Source: Octopus vulgaris
Taxonomy: Eukaryota
Assembly: GCA_951406725.2 (NCBI GenBank)
Contig: OX597816.1
Span: forward strand, 78,678,001 to 78,742,000
Direction of reading: 5' to 3'
Length of the DNA stretch: 64,000 nucleotides
Part shown: in pieces, positions 12,679 through 22,964 of the stretch
Layout of the letters: each line of letters begins with the position of its first letter
How positions within the stretch are numbered: the stretch's first letter is position 1
Position numbers and translations under genes: made by a program
Notes under the pieces: generated by a model
What the model was told of the DNA's origin: nothing
Databases searched by the model: none
The model's input: the letters and a program-made list of their open reading frames with translations, nothing else

Positions 12679-13148
12679 GAAGTTGTCTGTGCATGGTAGG
12701 TTTGGTAGCCTTCAACTTACACTATCTCCTCCGAGACCCTGCGACGCAAGTTGACCAAAATATTGAGAGTATGATAGAAGAAGGCTTGCTCTTCCTTCCG
12801 TTGAAGAAAAATTTCAAATCGGACCATGTTAAGACCCAAAATTATTTATATCAAAAAGGTGCTTTTTTTCTATGAAAATCCCTATTTTTTACGATTTTTT
12901 GACTGCTGTGTCGCCGTTTTTTGGTGTATTTGAACCAGAAAAAGGTTCACTTAAAGAGAATAATAAGCTACATAACGCAAAATTTTTACTTTTCAAAAAT
13001 TCCAATTCTAAAGGGTCGAAACAAACCCGAGCAACCAAATAAGCAACCAATTTGGTGTGTGAATAAATCTATTACAAGATTTAAAAACTACGCGTTCTTA
13101 GATTCTGGTGCATTTTCAAACCTAGTGGGCGCCTGCCAGCGCGCTGCG
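12676..13148. mobile_element. Unclassified DNA-type interspersed repeat, possibly Helentron-associated
   Basis: Starts after (TA)n with a short inverted repeat agttgaag...cttcaact and ends in a GC-rich stretch ...gcggaccggtataa. No coding similarity recognised. Confidence 0.3.
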
Positions 13149-13149
13149 G

Positions 13150-15496
13150 ACCGGTATAACTTTTCCAGGCGTCCCCGTTATCTAAAAATCTCCCCAACCG
13201 AACTCTCAGCCCTTCGATGTCTCGGACGCCGTATTAGCATCATCATAAAACCGGCCGACATGTGTGGAACCGTGGTGTGGCGCGCGGACCTTTACAAAGC
13301 CGAAGCTCTCCGCCAACTTCAAGACACCTCCTTCTACTGCCCTCTGCCCTCTGACCCCACGCCCAGCTACCAACAGACTGTGTCCTCCACTATCCATGAC
13401 ATCATCTCCTCCTCCCGTCTCCCCTCCACCGCCTCCAACCTCATTGTCCGCACCCCTTGCAACCCCACCATTTACTTCCTCCCCCAAATCCACAAACCTA
13501 ACAACCCTGGCCGCCCCATTATCTCCGCATGCAACTACGCGACCGAACTCATCTCCAGATATTTTGACTGTGTCCTTGCCCCCTAGTGGCTTTCCTCCCC
13601 TCTCACATCCATGACACCAACCACGCGCTTCGTTTGTTGAACTCTTTCTCCTTCCCTCCTGGCCCCTCTAAACTTCTCTTTACTCTCGACATCCGGAGCC
13701 TTTACACGGTGATCCCTCACCACAAGGGGCTGCTTGCACTCCAACATTTCCTTGATCTTCGACCCAACCCCCAACCTGACAAATCCACACTCGTTCGTCT
13801 GGCCGAACTTGTCTTCTCACTCAACTGCTTCTCGTTCACGGGTGATTTCTACCAATAGTTCTCGGAAGTGGCCATGGGAACGAGAATGGGCCCCAACTAT
13901 GGTTACGTTGGTTACGTTGAGGCCCAAATATTCTCGAGTTTCACTGGTCCCACTCCCGAACTATATGGCCGTTATATTGACGACTGTTTCGGTGCAACCT
14001 CACTCTCCCGCGAACCACTAGACTCCTTCCTCTCTTTTGTCAAACCTTTCCATTCTGCCCTTCACTTCTGTAATATCTCTGACACCTCTGTCTCCTTTCT
14101 TGACATTTCGGTCATCATTCATCACTCCACTCTCACCACCTCCATTCACTACAATTATACAGACTCACACCCATACCTAAAATTCTCTTCCTCCCACCCT
14201 AAACACACCAAGCTTTCCATCCTCTATTCCCAATTCCCCCGTCTATGCAGGCTCTGTAGTGACGACCATGACTTTGAGACTCAGTCTCAACTCATGGCTC
14301 GCCACTTCATCCTACGTGGATATTCTCTCACCACTATCCACACTGCCCTTGCCAGAGCACGTTCCATGGACCGTGCATCTGCTATCTCCCCCCGAACCCG
14401 CCCCTACCGTCTTCCGCCTCCCATTTCCCCTCACCTACCACCCCGCCACCTTACCTCTCCAACGCACCATTCTCCGAGCCTTCTGGCGACTCCAGTCCGA
14501 TCCCTCTACTTCGCACATTTTCCCTAACCGACCCCTCCCTTCCTTCAAACGAGCCCACAGCCTACGAGACCTCTAGATCCACAGCTTCTTTCTTAACCCA
14601 ACCTCCCAACCCGGCTCGTTCTCCTGCTCCCGCCCACGCTGCCGCTCTTTCCCTTACCTCTCCAACACCACCCTCCTCACCGGCACCCATCATCGACCCT
14701 ATCACATCACCGATTCCTTCACCTGCACTTCTACCAATATCATCTACTGCATCTCCTGCTCTCTCTGCCCTTCTCTATACAGTGGGCAAACGGGACGCCG
14801 CTTGGCTGACCGGTTCGCGGAACACTTCCGTGACATCCGACTCGGCAATGACACCTCGGTCTCGCACCATTTCTGTTCTACCGGTCACTCTTTGCAACAC
14901 CTGTCTGTGTTTGGATTTCCTTGCACAGGCGCCATCCGGGCTCTCGTTTGCGCCGTGAACAAGCATTAATCTTCTCTCTTCGTTCCTTTGCGTCACATGG
15001 GCTCAACTCTTCTCCCCTCTTCATCTAACCTCCTCTCCTCGCCTCTCTCCTCCTCACATTACTTCCTCCCACCCACCTCTCCACTCTTGATCCGACTCCA
15101 ACTTCTTTTCACTCCCACTCTCCTTCTCTCTTCTCTTCACTCCTCTCCACCTTCTCCTTCCTCCTTCATCGTCACCCCTTCCTCGTAAGCCCACCCCACC
15201 CCTACAAATTCTACCCCACCTTCCCTATCCTTCCCCATCCCTTACACCCACTCCCACATACGACCACCTCTACCCCACCCTCTGCCTACACACATAGCCA
15301 GCTCTACCCCACCCTCAGCCTAATCCACACTCCATCCTTGCTTTCTCTATTCTCGCCTCCTCCACCACCGAACACCATCACACCACACCACACACCACTA
15401 CACCATACACCACCATACCACACAACATATCATATCACAACACACTACTACGCACACATCAGCACTGACCACTATCCAGACCCACATTTTCACACC

Positions 15497-15527
<31 letters not shown>

Positions 15528-15855
15528 GTCAATTCACCAGCCCTCTTCCACATGCACATACAAACTCTCTTATACACACGCACGCGCACTTTCGTTTTGG
15601 AATCAACACTACTTTATTATCTTTCCTTCTCCCTAGCTCTCCTGCGTGACCATTCTGTCCGGCATTCGCCATGATAGATCGCTAGCCACTACACATTCTT
15701 TATTTTCTCTTCTTGTTTCTTTCTGTGTTCCTTTCTGTTGAAGAGCGTAGGCTCGAAACGTTAAAGACTTTTTCACTTCCCGAGCGTTATACTAATACAT
15801 CTGTTTGTTGTCTACACCACCTGTCTTTGTCTTTTGTTTTTTTTGGGTGAATTCT

Positions 15856-15860
<5 letters not shown>
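13150..15860 (+). mobile_element. Penelope-like retroelement (RT + GIY-YIG, disrupted) with a low-complexity 3' region and hammerhead-bearing terminus
   Basis: RT motifs IIIKPAD, PGRPIIS, LFTLDIRSLYT, AMGTRMGP, YGRYIDDCF and SFLDI. Endonuclease FTCTSTNIIYCISCSLC..LYSGQTGRRLADRFAEH at ~14716-14830. Stops at 13586 and 13858 plus frameshifts; ends in (TA)n. Confidence 0.93.
15731..15766 (+). ncRNA. Minimal hammerhead-like motif with atypical CUGUUGA core, at the Penelope 3' end
   Basis: CTTT CTGTTGA A GAGC gtag GCTC GAAA CGT T AAAG. Stem I CTTT/AAAG, stem II GAGC/GCTC, palindromic ACGT. Related copies at 22834-22869 (+), 36417-36450 (-) and 37027-37060 (-). Confidence 0.65.
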
Positions 15861-15904
<44 letters not shown>

Positions 15905-15911
<7 letters not shown>

Positions 15912-16089
15912 GCAATATCCAAGGTAGTGTAGTACAATCGTTTCATGCTACTTCATTTTATTAAGTATTACATCAGTTTTAAAATGTCGAGCATTTTAAA
16001 ACTGATGTAATACTTACAGTGTTTAATAAAATGAAGTAGCATGAAACGATTGTACTACACTACCTTGGATATCCTTGTTGCTTATTTTG
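15905..16089. repeat. Near-perfect fold-back (arms ~75 bp) between (TA)n tracts
   Basis: atatccaaggtagtgtagtacaatcgtttcatgctacttcattttattaa...catcagttttaaaatg is mirrored by cattttaaaactgatg...ttaataaaatgaagtagcatgaaacgattgtactacactaccttggatat. Confidence 0.9.
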
Positions 16090-16224
16090 ATTATAATCAC
16101 CCCATTTGATTTATATGGATAATACCATACCAAATTCTGGTGCCTTTAACTTAAGTACCGTATTCATCTGAATCTAAATTTTGCTGAACTTATATATATA
16201 TATAAAATTAAACCTTAAAAAAAA

Positions 16225-17500
16225 AATTAACCTTAAAATAGAAACAGACATTTTTTACAAAGCCACAGACGCCAAACAATACCTTCTTTTTAATTCATGC
16301 CACCCAAGACACACTAAAACAAACATCCCCTTCAACCTTGCAAGAAGGATATGCACAATAGTGTCAGAACAAAATACCAGGAACTTTAGACTGCAAGAAC
16401 TCAAAAACACCCTAATTGACAGACATTACCCAGCTCAACTCATAGAGGATGGGATCAGACGTGCAACAGAAATCAACATAGAAACTTTAAGAAAAGTTCA
16501 ACACAACAACACACCTTCCCCGAAAATACTACCTTACATATCTACATACAACCCCAGAAACAAAGAAGCCTTCACCATCATCACCCAGAATTTACCAATA
16601 CTTCATAAAAACCCAAAATAAAGGAAATTCTAAACATACACCAAATCATTAAAAGCTACAAACAGCCTAAATCACTTAAAAAGATTCTCACAAAGGCAAA
16701 ATTGTCTTCTAAAATTACGGATGCAAAAGTAAAAAAATGTGGTAGATCGAACTGTGCAACATGTCCTAACCTATTGGAAGGATCAGAATTCTTCTTTAAA
16801 GAGGGACAGAAATTTAAGATCAAATCTAACTTTACTTGTGCCTCTGAAAACATAATTTATGTTATTAAATGCTCGGGCTGCCACCAAGACTACGTGGGTT
16901 CCACGGGACTATCACTCAGGCGTAGATGCACACTGCATCGACAACAGATTGCATTCCCAGAATATAGAATGATACCTTTTAGTGAGCACATTGAGAAATG
17001 CGCAAAGCAACTACTGCCACAATTTTTAATCTTCCCATTTTACCAATGTGCTTTCGGATCATCAACACAAACGAGACTGAACAAGGAAACATTCTTCATT
17101 GAAAAGTACAAACCCAGACTCAACCATCCGAACATACTGACACAGAGAAATTAACAAGGAAAAGGGAAAAAACATTTTTAAGCGATTATCTCCCTTACAC
17201 CGGAAGAAATCACTCACTACCTTCCCTCAGTTAGAAATCTCCTGGAAATAAAAACAACGATAACTCCATGCAATATAAACATAACGTCACAAGAAATTTG
17301 AAAAGCTACACGCGAAACCGGTAATTTCTTTAAAAATTTTAAAATTATGTCATTTTAAGGAAAGGAAAAAAAATTTTTCCAATATTCTCCAGACATTTTG
17401 ACACAAATATATATATTTTTTAACATTTAAGCCTTCTGTCGTTTTTTCACACTTTACTATTTTCTTATATATTCACCCACGTGCTTTACCAAACAAACTT
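16225..17500 (+). mobile_element. 5'-truncated Penelope-like element (RT thumb + GIY-YIG + 3' hammerhead)
   Basis: TDIFYKATDAKQYLLFNSCHPRHTKTNIPFNLARRICTIVS, then KCGRSNCATC...NIIYVIKCSGCHQDYVGSTG...RRRCTLH...KPRLN; one stop at 16621. Confidence 0.92.
17291..17330 (+). ncRNA. Minimal type I hammerhead ribozyme with compensatory U3:A8 core
   Basis: AAGAAAT TTGAAAA GC tacac GC GAAA CCGG TA ATTTCTT. Perfect 7-bp stem I, 2-bp stem II, palindromic ACCGGT stem III, GUA triplet; ~140 nt after the GIY-YIG stop. Confidence 0.8.
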
Positions 17501-17630
17501 TCTTATCTATATATATATATATATACATACATACATACATACATACATACATACATACAGATATGTATGTGTGTGTGTGTATGTGTACAAATATACATAT
17601 GTACCACTACTCTCTGTCTCTCCTTCCCCC

Positions 17631-17662
<32 letters not shown>

Positions 17663-18104
17663 GTATCTTTATTTGTGAATTAAGACTATCATTCGTCTCA
17701 TGTTTAGAAATCAGGAAAATATCCCAGTGTCTTAACAATGTTTCAAGCCGATCACATGGAGAGAGGTGTGCGCCTCTATTTTGGGAAACACAGCCTCATT
17801 GTATTCGCGGAGATTCTCGTTAATTCTCGTGATTAAAACAATGCATCAAGGGACGCTATTCCTCGGTGGAATCCTTCGAATGTTTGTCTTCCTTGGAATT
17901 ATCTTTTGGGCAAACTGTTTTGTGGTCAATTTGTTTGCTGGATTTTGATTTTGTACTGGGTGTGGTGTTCTTATACTTGTCTGCTGAGGTAATTCGTTAT
18001 TGAGGCATATTGTTTAGGGTGTTATCTGTTTTGCATCATCGTTTGACATCCATTTAAGGTATTATCTTCATCATCTTTGAAAAAAGGAAAAATAATACAC
18101 ATAC

Positions 18105-18508
18105 GCAGGAGTGGCTGTGTGGTAAGTAGCTTGCTTACCAACCACACGGTTCCGAGTTCAGTCCCACTGCGTGGCATATTGGGCAAGTGTCTTCTGCTAT
18201 AGCCCCGGGCCGACCAATGCCTTGTGAGTGGATTTGGTAAACGGAAACTGAAAGAAGCCTGTCGTATATATATATATATATGTGTATGTATGTGTGTGTA
18301 TATGTTTGTGTGTCTGTGTTTGTCCCCCTAGCATTGCTTGACAACCGATGCTGGTGTGTTTATGTCCCCGTCACTTAGCGGTTCGGCAAAGGAGACCGAT
18401 AGAATAAGTACTGGGCTTACAAAAAATAAGTCCTGGGGTCGATTTGCTCGACTAAAGGTGGTGCTCCAGCATGGCCGCAGTCAAATGACTGAAACAAGTA
18501 AAAGAGTA
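18105..18508 (+). mobile_element. tRNA-derived SINE, near full length; partial copies at ~5172-5305, 9245-9390, 19440-19665, 20680-20900, 51010-51270, 51795-51960 and 59100-59275
   Basis: A box tggctgtgtgg, B box gagttcagtccc, internal TA/TG microsatellite, tail cagcatggccgcagtcaaatgactgaaacaagtaaaaga. Confidence 0.85.
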
Positions 18509-18708
18509 ATACGTCTGTGTGTGTATATATATATATGTGTGTGTGTGTGTTTATATATATATATGTGTGTGTGTGTGCGTGCATATGTATGTAAGCATGT
18601 ATGTATGTATGTATGTATGTATTATATGATGTGTGTTTGCATGTTAATTGATGACGATGATAAATATCTACATACACTCACACATACACATACACATACA
18701 TGCAAATA

Positions 18709-18759
<51 letters not shown>

Positions 18760-18764
18760 ATGAT

Positions 18765-19055
18765 AATAAGGGGTAAAATTAATTAATTAATAATTAATAA
18801 TTTTACCAAGTAGTTCGGTATGTTAAAAGGACCATTATCGGTAAACTTATACATAAAATTTTATAATTATGAGTATAATTATAATTAGGGTTCAGCAAAA
18901 ATTTGCTTCAACACATACCGAAATTTAGAAATAGCAGTTAAAACTAGCTATTTCACTACTATAATAAAAATGCTGCCTGGTATATTTTCTTAAAATAGTG
19001 AAATAGGTAGATTTAACTGATATTTCTAAATTTCGATATAATGGTAAATTTATAA

Positions 19056-19060
<5 letters not shown>
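18765..19060. repeat. (TA)n-associated repeat family with internal hairpin; related pieces at ~4085-4165, 61670-61880 and 63225-63432
   Basis: Shared gggtaaa..taatt...accaagta.tc.gtatg.aaaaggaccatt. Inverted arms cgaaatttagaaatagcagttaaa / tttaactgatatttctaaatttcg. Confidence 0.65.
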
Positions 19061-19114
<54 letters not shown>

Positions 19115-19348
19115 TATATATATAATAATAAAAGAATAAATCAAATTTTTTGTTTTGTTTTATATTTTATATTTTATATTTTATATTTATTTTGATAGGT
19201 TTATTTTAGTTTATATATTGTTTATATATTGATTTATTGATTATATAGGTTATATGGAATTTTTTCCTAATTATAATTATACTCATAATTATAAAATATT
19301 TCGATGCGATTTAGTGGCGGTTTTTTGACTATTTATTAAAATTTTATG

Positions 19349-19446
<98 letters not shown>

Positions 19447-19904
19447 ATGTGTATGTGTATTTGTGTATGTCTGTGTTTGTGCTCCTCGCCAGCACTTGAA
19501 AGCTGGTGTTGGTGAGTTTACGTCCCTGTAACTTAGCGGTTTGGCAAAAGACACTGACAGAATAAGTACTCGGCTTGCAAAGATTAAGTCTAGCGGGTTC
19601 GACTAAAGGCGGTACTCAAGCATGACCACAGTCAAATGACTGAAACAGGTAGAATAATAAAAGAATATATATATATATATATATATATATAATAATAATA
19701 AATATTAGGGAATAAATCCAAATTTACAGGGAAAAATCAGATTTAGGACTGAATCCAATTTTATAGTAAAATATTATATAATATTAATTAGAGACAAAAC
19801 AATTGTAGTGGCGAATTTAATTTTATTTAATTTATATAAAAATTTTTATGTATTGGATTAAGTCTTTCTTTGTTTGATTTGCATAATAGTGGTTTTGTCT
19901 CTAA

Positions 19905-19971
<67 letters not shown>

Positions 19972-20081
19972 GTAACAGAAAAGAGGCATCTCCATTATCC
20001 CCACGTAGTGAGTTGTAATGTATATAAGAAATTAAAAAAGGAAACTACGCACACTTACATAGTTTTAATATAATTTTTAAT

Positions 20082-20116
20082 ATATCGACCGGTTTCGCTA
20101 TCACTATTCATGACAT
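20082..20116 (-). ncRNA. Minimal hammerhead-like motif with A3:U8 core variant
   Basis: Minus strand ATGTC ATGAATA GT gata GC GAAA CCGG TC GATAT. 5-bp stem I with one G-U pair, palindromic ACCGGT stem III, GUC triplet; (TA)n lies ~115 nt downstream. Confidence 0.65.
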
Positions 20117-20424
20117 TATGTTTTACTTATTTGAATATATATTTTTTCTTAAGAAGAAATTTGGTCCATGTTGTGTGTGATGAAATTCACGAGTGAATGA
20201 CTTCACAAGTAGATAAATAAAGGGAGGTAATTGGTTGTCGTTATTATTGCTATTGTTGTGGGTAAGGGAGATAACTATTCAGCTTTCGGTAATCGGTGGG
20301 GATTATATAGGTGTACAGACAGAAACAAGTTTCAAAAACTTTGTTTAGTAGGAGATACATTTATTTTTTCAGACTGACACCGTGTTCATTCCACAAACGA
20401 CGGGAAAGTTTTCTTGAAATACTT

Positions 20425-20625
20425 AAAGTTTACTGCACTTCGAAGATATTTAAATGACCTGGCCCGTTTAAGTGGGTTATTGCCAATCATCACATTTGAA
20501 TCTTGAGAATGTTCTGCCACAGGCTTTGGCTGGAATAAAGTTTCCGTCTTCTTGATACTGATAGTCAGTCCAAATGCACGAGCTGCCGCAGCAAACCTGT
20601 CGACTATTTTTTGTTTTAGCTGAGA
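20425..20625 (-). mobile_element. RTE-clade LINE reverse transcriptase fragment
   Basis: QKIVDRFAAAARAFGLTISIKKTETLFQP...SFKYLRS within ORF 20386-20670. Confidence 0.75.
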
Positions 20626-21219
20626 GAGGCAAATTTGACATGATTTCTGCCCGTTTTTAAAGACTGACAATTATTCTATAGGCCTCTTTTTGCTAAGCTC
20701 CGAGTTACGGAGATGTTAACAAACCAACACTGGTTGTCAAGCATTGACAGCACAAACACAAAAAGGCACATACATGCACACGTACGTACACACATGCGCG
20801 CGCACACACACACACACATATAGCAAGCCTCTTTCAGTTTCCGTCTAACAGATCCACTCACAAGGCTTTGGTCGGCCGGGCTATAGTAGAAGATACGGTA
20901 CCCCACATGAAGAAAAAAATTGTTATAGATCTTCTTGGGCGAGAGATCCTCTAGGAAGTGAAGGAGGGTTGTAATGGAATGGTAGTCTCTTTCCTTTCTT
21001 CTTTGTTTCACAGATTAATTCTTTCTCTCACACAAACACCCCATACCCACACATATACCTGTCCCTCTCAGACAGCATTACATTAACATGTATATTATAA
21101 TATACTTTCTGTAAGATCACTGAATGCCAACTTTTAATGTTTGAAAGTAAATTTAATAACAAACTAACAAACAAAATTTTAACACATCCAGGTAAGAACT
21201 GTAGATGTATATGTATATG

Positions 21220-21773
21220 CAGAGTGGCCCAAAAGTAGGTTACGGTTATTCAACTATCTCTTTTGCATTCATATATTAACAGTTTAGAACTGTTCATACA
21301 GCAAGATGGAGTACCTCCATCTTATACATTGACAGTAAGAGACTACCTTAACCAAGCCTTTCCACAGTGTTGGTTTGGAAGACGGAACAGCACCGAATGG
21401 CTACCACGTTCTCCTGACCTGACACCAATGGATTTCTTTTTGCTTTTTGGTGGGTGTTGTAAAGAACAATATTTATGAGAAGAATCCCAAAACATTAAAT
21501 GATTTAAAAGATTACATTTCTGACGCATTCACTGAAATTGGTGGAGATCGGAATTTGTGCCGTACTGTGTGTCAGAGTGTTCTGAAGAGATTTGAAGAAT
21601 TTTGCAATGTTGAAGGAGAACATTTTGAGCATCTGTGAGATTAAACATTGTCTGTTTCAGATGTGCATAAACAATATGATTGTAAGATAGAAATTTAAAT
21701 GTAATAAAATGTTTGAAAAGAAATTTAAAGTTCCTACATGAAAACTATAAACCTACTTTTGGGCCATCCTCTA
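21220..21773 (+). mobile_element. Internally deleted Tc1/mariner element, DD41D (rosa/Visitor-like)
   Basis: TIRs cagagtggcccaaaagtaggtt / aacctacttttgggccatcctct. QQDGVPP...WLPRSPDLTPMDFFL has 41 residues between the two D residues. Confidence 0.85.
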
Positions 21774-21954
21774 TATATGCTTATGAATATCTGTGTGTAT
21801 CATGTATGTGTGTATGTAGGTATATATTCATACATACACCTACATACACACAAATGAGTAATAGGCACAGTATCACCAAATGTTTTAAGAAGTCTATTTT
21901 ACAATCATGAGATCCTCGTTTGGATGCTCTAACTATTCTGTACAACACACACAT

Positions 21955-21986
<32 letters not shown>

Positions 21987-22025
21987 GCACTCATACACAC
22001 ACACAAGCACTCATATATATGTATA

Positions 22026-22071
<46 letters not shown>

Positions 22072-22133
22072 CGCGCATGTATATGTGTGCATATGTGTAT
22101 GTGTGTGTGCACATATACACACATATACATGCC

Positions 22134-22222
22134 TGTGATTTATTGGTGTAAATGAACCAACAATGTGATTTATTGGTGTAAATGAACCAACAATGTTTAT
22201 TGTTGTAAATGAACCAACAATA
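22134..22222. repeat. Minisatellite, 30-bp unit, about 3 copies
   Basis: tgtgatttattggtgtaaatgaaccaacaa twice, plus a shortened third copy. Confidence 0.85.
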
Positions 22223-22287
22223 TTCAATTTTGCATGAGACATTGAATGTCATATAGTACAAAAGGAATGACACCTAACTATACTTAC

Positions 22288-22381
22288 GGTGAGCATGTCC
22301 AAATACAGTTAAAGCTGCAAGTACGAACAATGTCAGATAGGTATGACGAGTCTGACAAGGATGTGTCTTCATCTTTATCAT
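22288..22381 (-). CDS. Putative first coding exon (signal peptide) of a secreted or membrane SRCR+MAM domain protein
   Basis: Minus strand reads ttatttacag|ATG ATA AAG ATG...GCT CAC C|gtaagt, giving MIKMKTHPCQTRHTYLTLFVLAALTVFGHAH: a basic N-terminus plus hydrophobic core. The 94-nt exon ends in phase 1, matching the next exon. Confidence 0.7.
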
Positions 22382-22789
22382 CTGTAAATAAATAGATTAT
22401 AAAATATGATATATTGATAAAATAGTTACCTCTGCAGGCTAGTTGTAAATGTATTAGTACTGTTCAAAGTATTGGTGGCTCAGATAAGGTACAGGACATG
22501 ATGATGATGGTGATGATATTCATGATGATGATGATAAGAAATTTGTTAGTGGTGGTGATGCTGGTGAAAATATACATAAACAGTGATTTTCCAGTTAGCT
22601 GAAGAGTTCCAATAACAATGAAATATATACGGAGTTGTAAATTTTGTCAGAGTAAAAAACGATATTGGTCAACTATTACTTTTGGAATACCAAACCAAAC
22701 TGGCAATTTAATGTCGTACATGCGATATGTTTCTTCAACTACATAGTTATTAAAATTATGCTTATACTGTGCATATGGATATGTATATA

Positions 22790-22957
22790 TGTGCACCTTT
22801 TTCTATTTTCTCTCCCTGTTTATTCTTGTGTTCCTTTGTGTTGAAGATTGTTGGCTCGAAACGTAAAAGACTTTCTCACTTCCCGAGCGTTAAACTAATA
22901 CATCTGTTTGTTGTTTAACACACATCTTTTTTCTTTTTTTTTGCAAATTCTCACTAT
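22790..22957 (+). mobile_element. Solo Penelope terminal repeat of the 15690-15860 family
   Basis: Matches ...ttgaaga...ggctcgaaacgt.aaagacttt.tcacttcccgagcgtta.actaatacatctgtttgttg; TA-rich flanks. Confidence 0.8.
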
Positions 22958-22964
22958 ATATGTC

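Noticed and set aside
12921-13150. N-terminal part of the 221-aa ORF as Penelope protein
   Set aside because: Composition changes abruptly near 13150; the first ~75 codons come from an unrelated upstream repeat read in frame by chance.
17680-18085. Unique-looking intronic segment, possible exon or LINE ORF1 remnant
   Set aside because: No convincing splice-site pair or recognisable protein motif found by eye.
22134-22222. 30-bp direct repeats resembling a CRISPR array
   Set aside because: The repeats are contiguous with no spacers, there are no cas genes, and the context is a eukaryotic intron.
22288-22381. Alternative open frame of this exon (DKDEDTSLSDSSYLSDIVRTCSFNCIWTCS)
   Set aside because: It ends in phase 2 and is incompatible with the phase-1 start of the SRCR exon at 10871; the signal-peptide frame fits.
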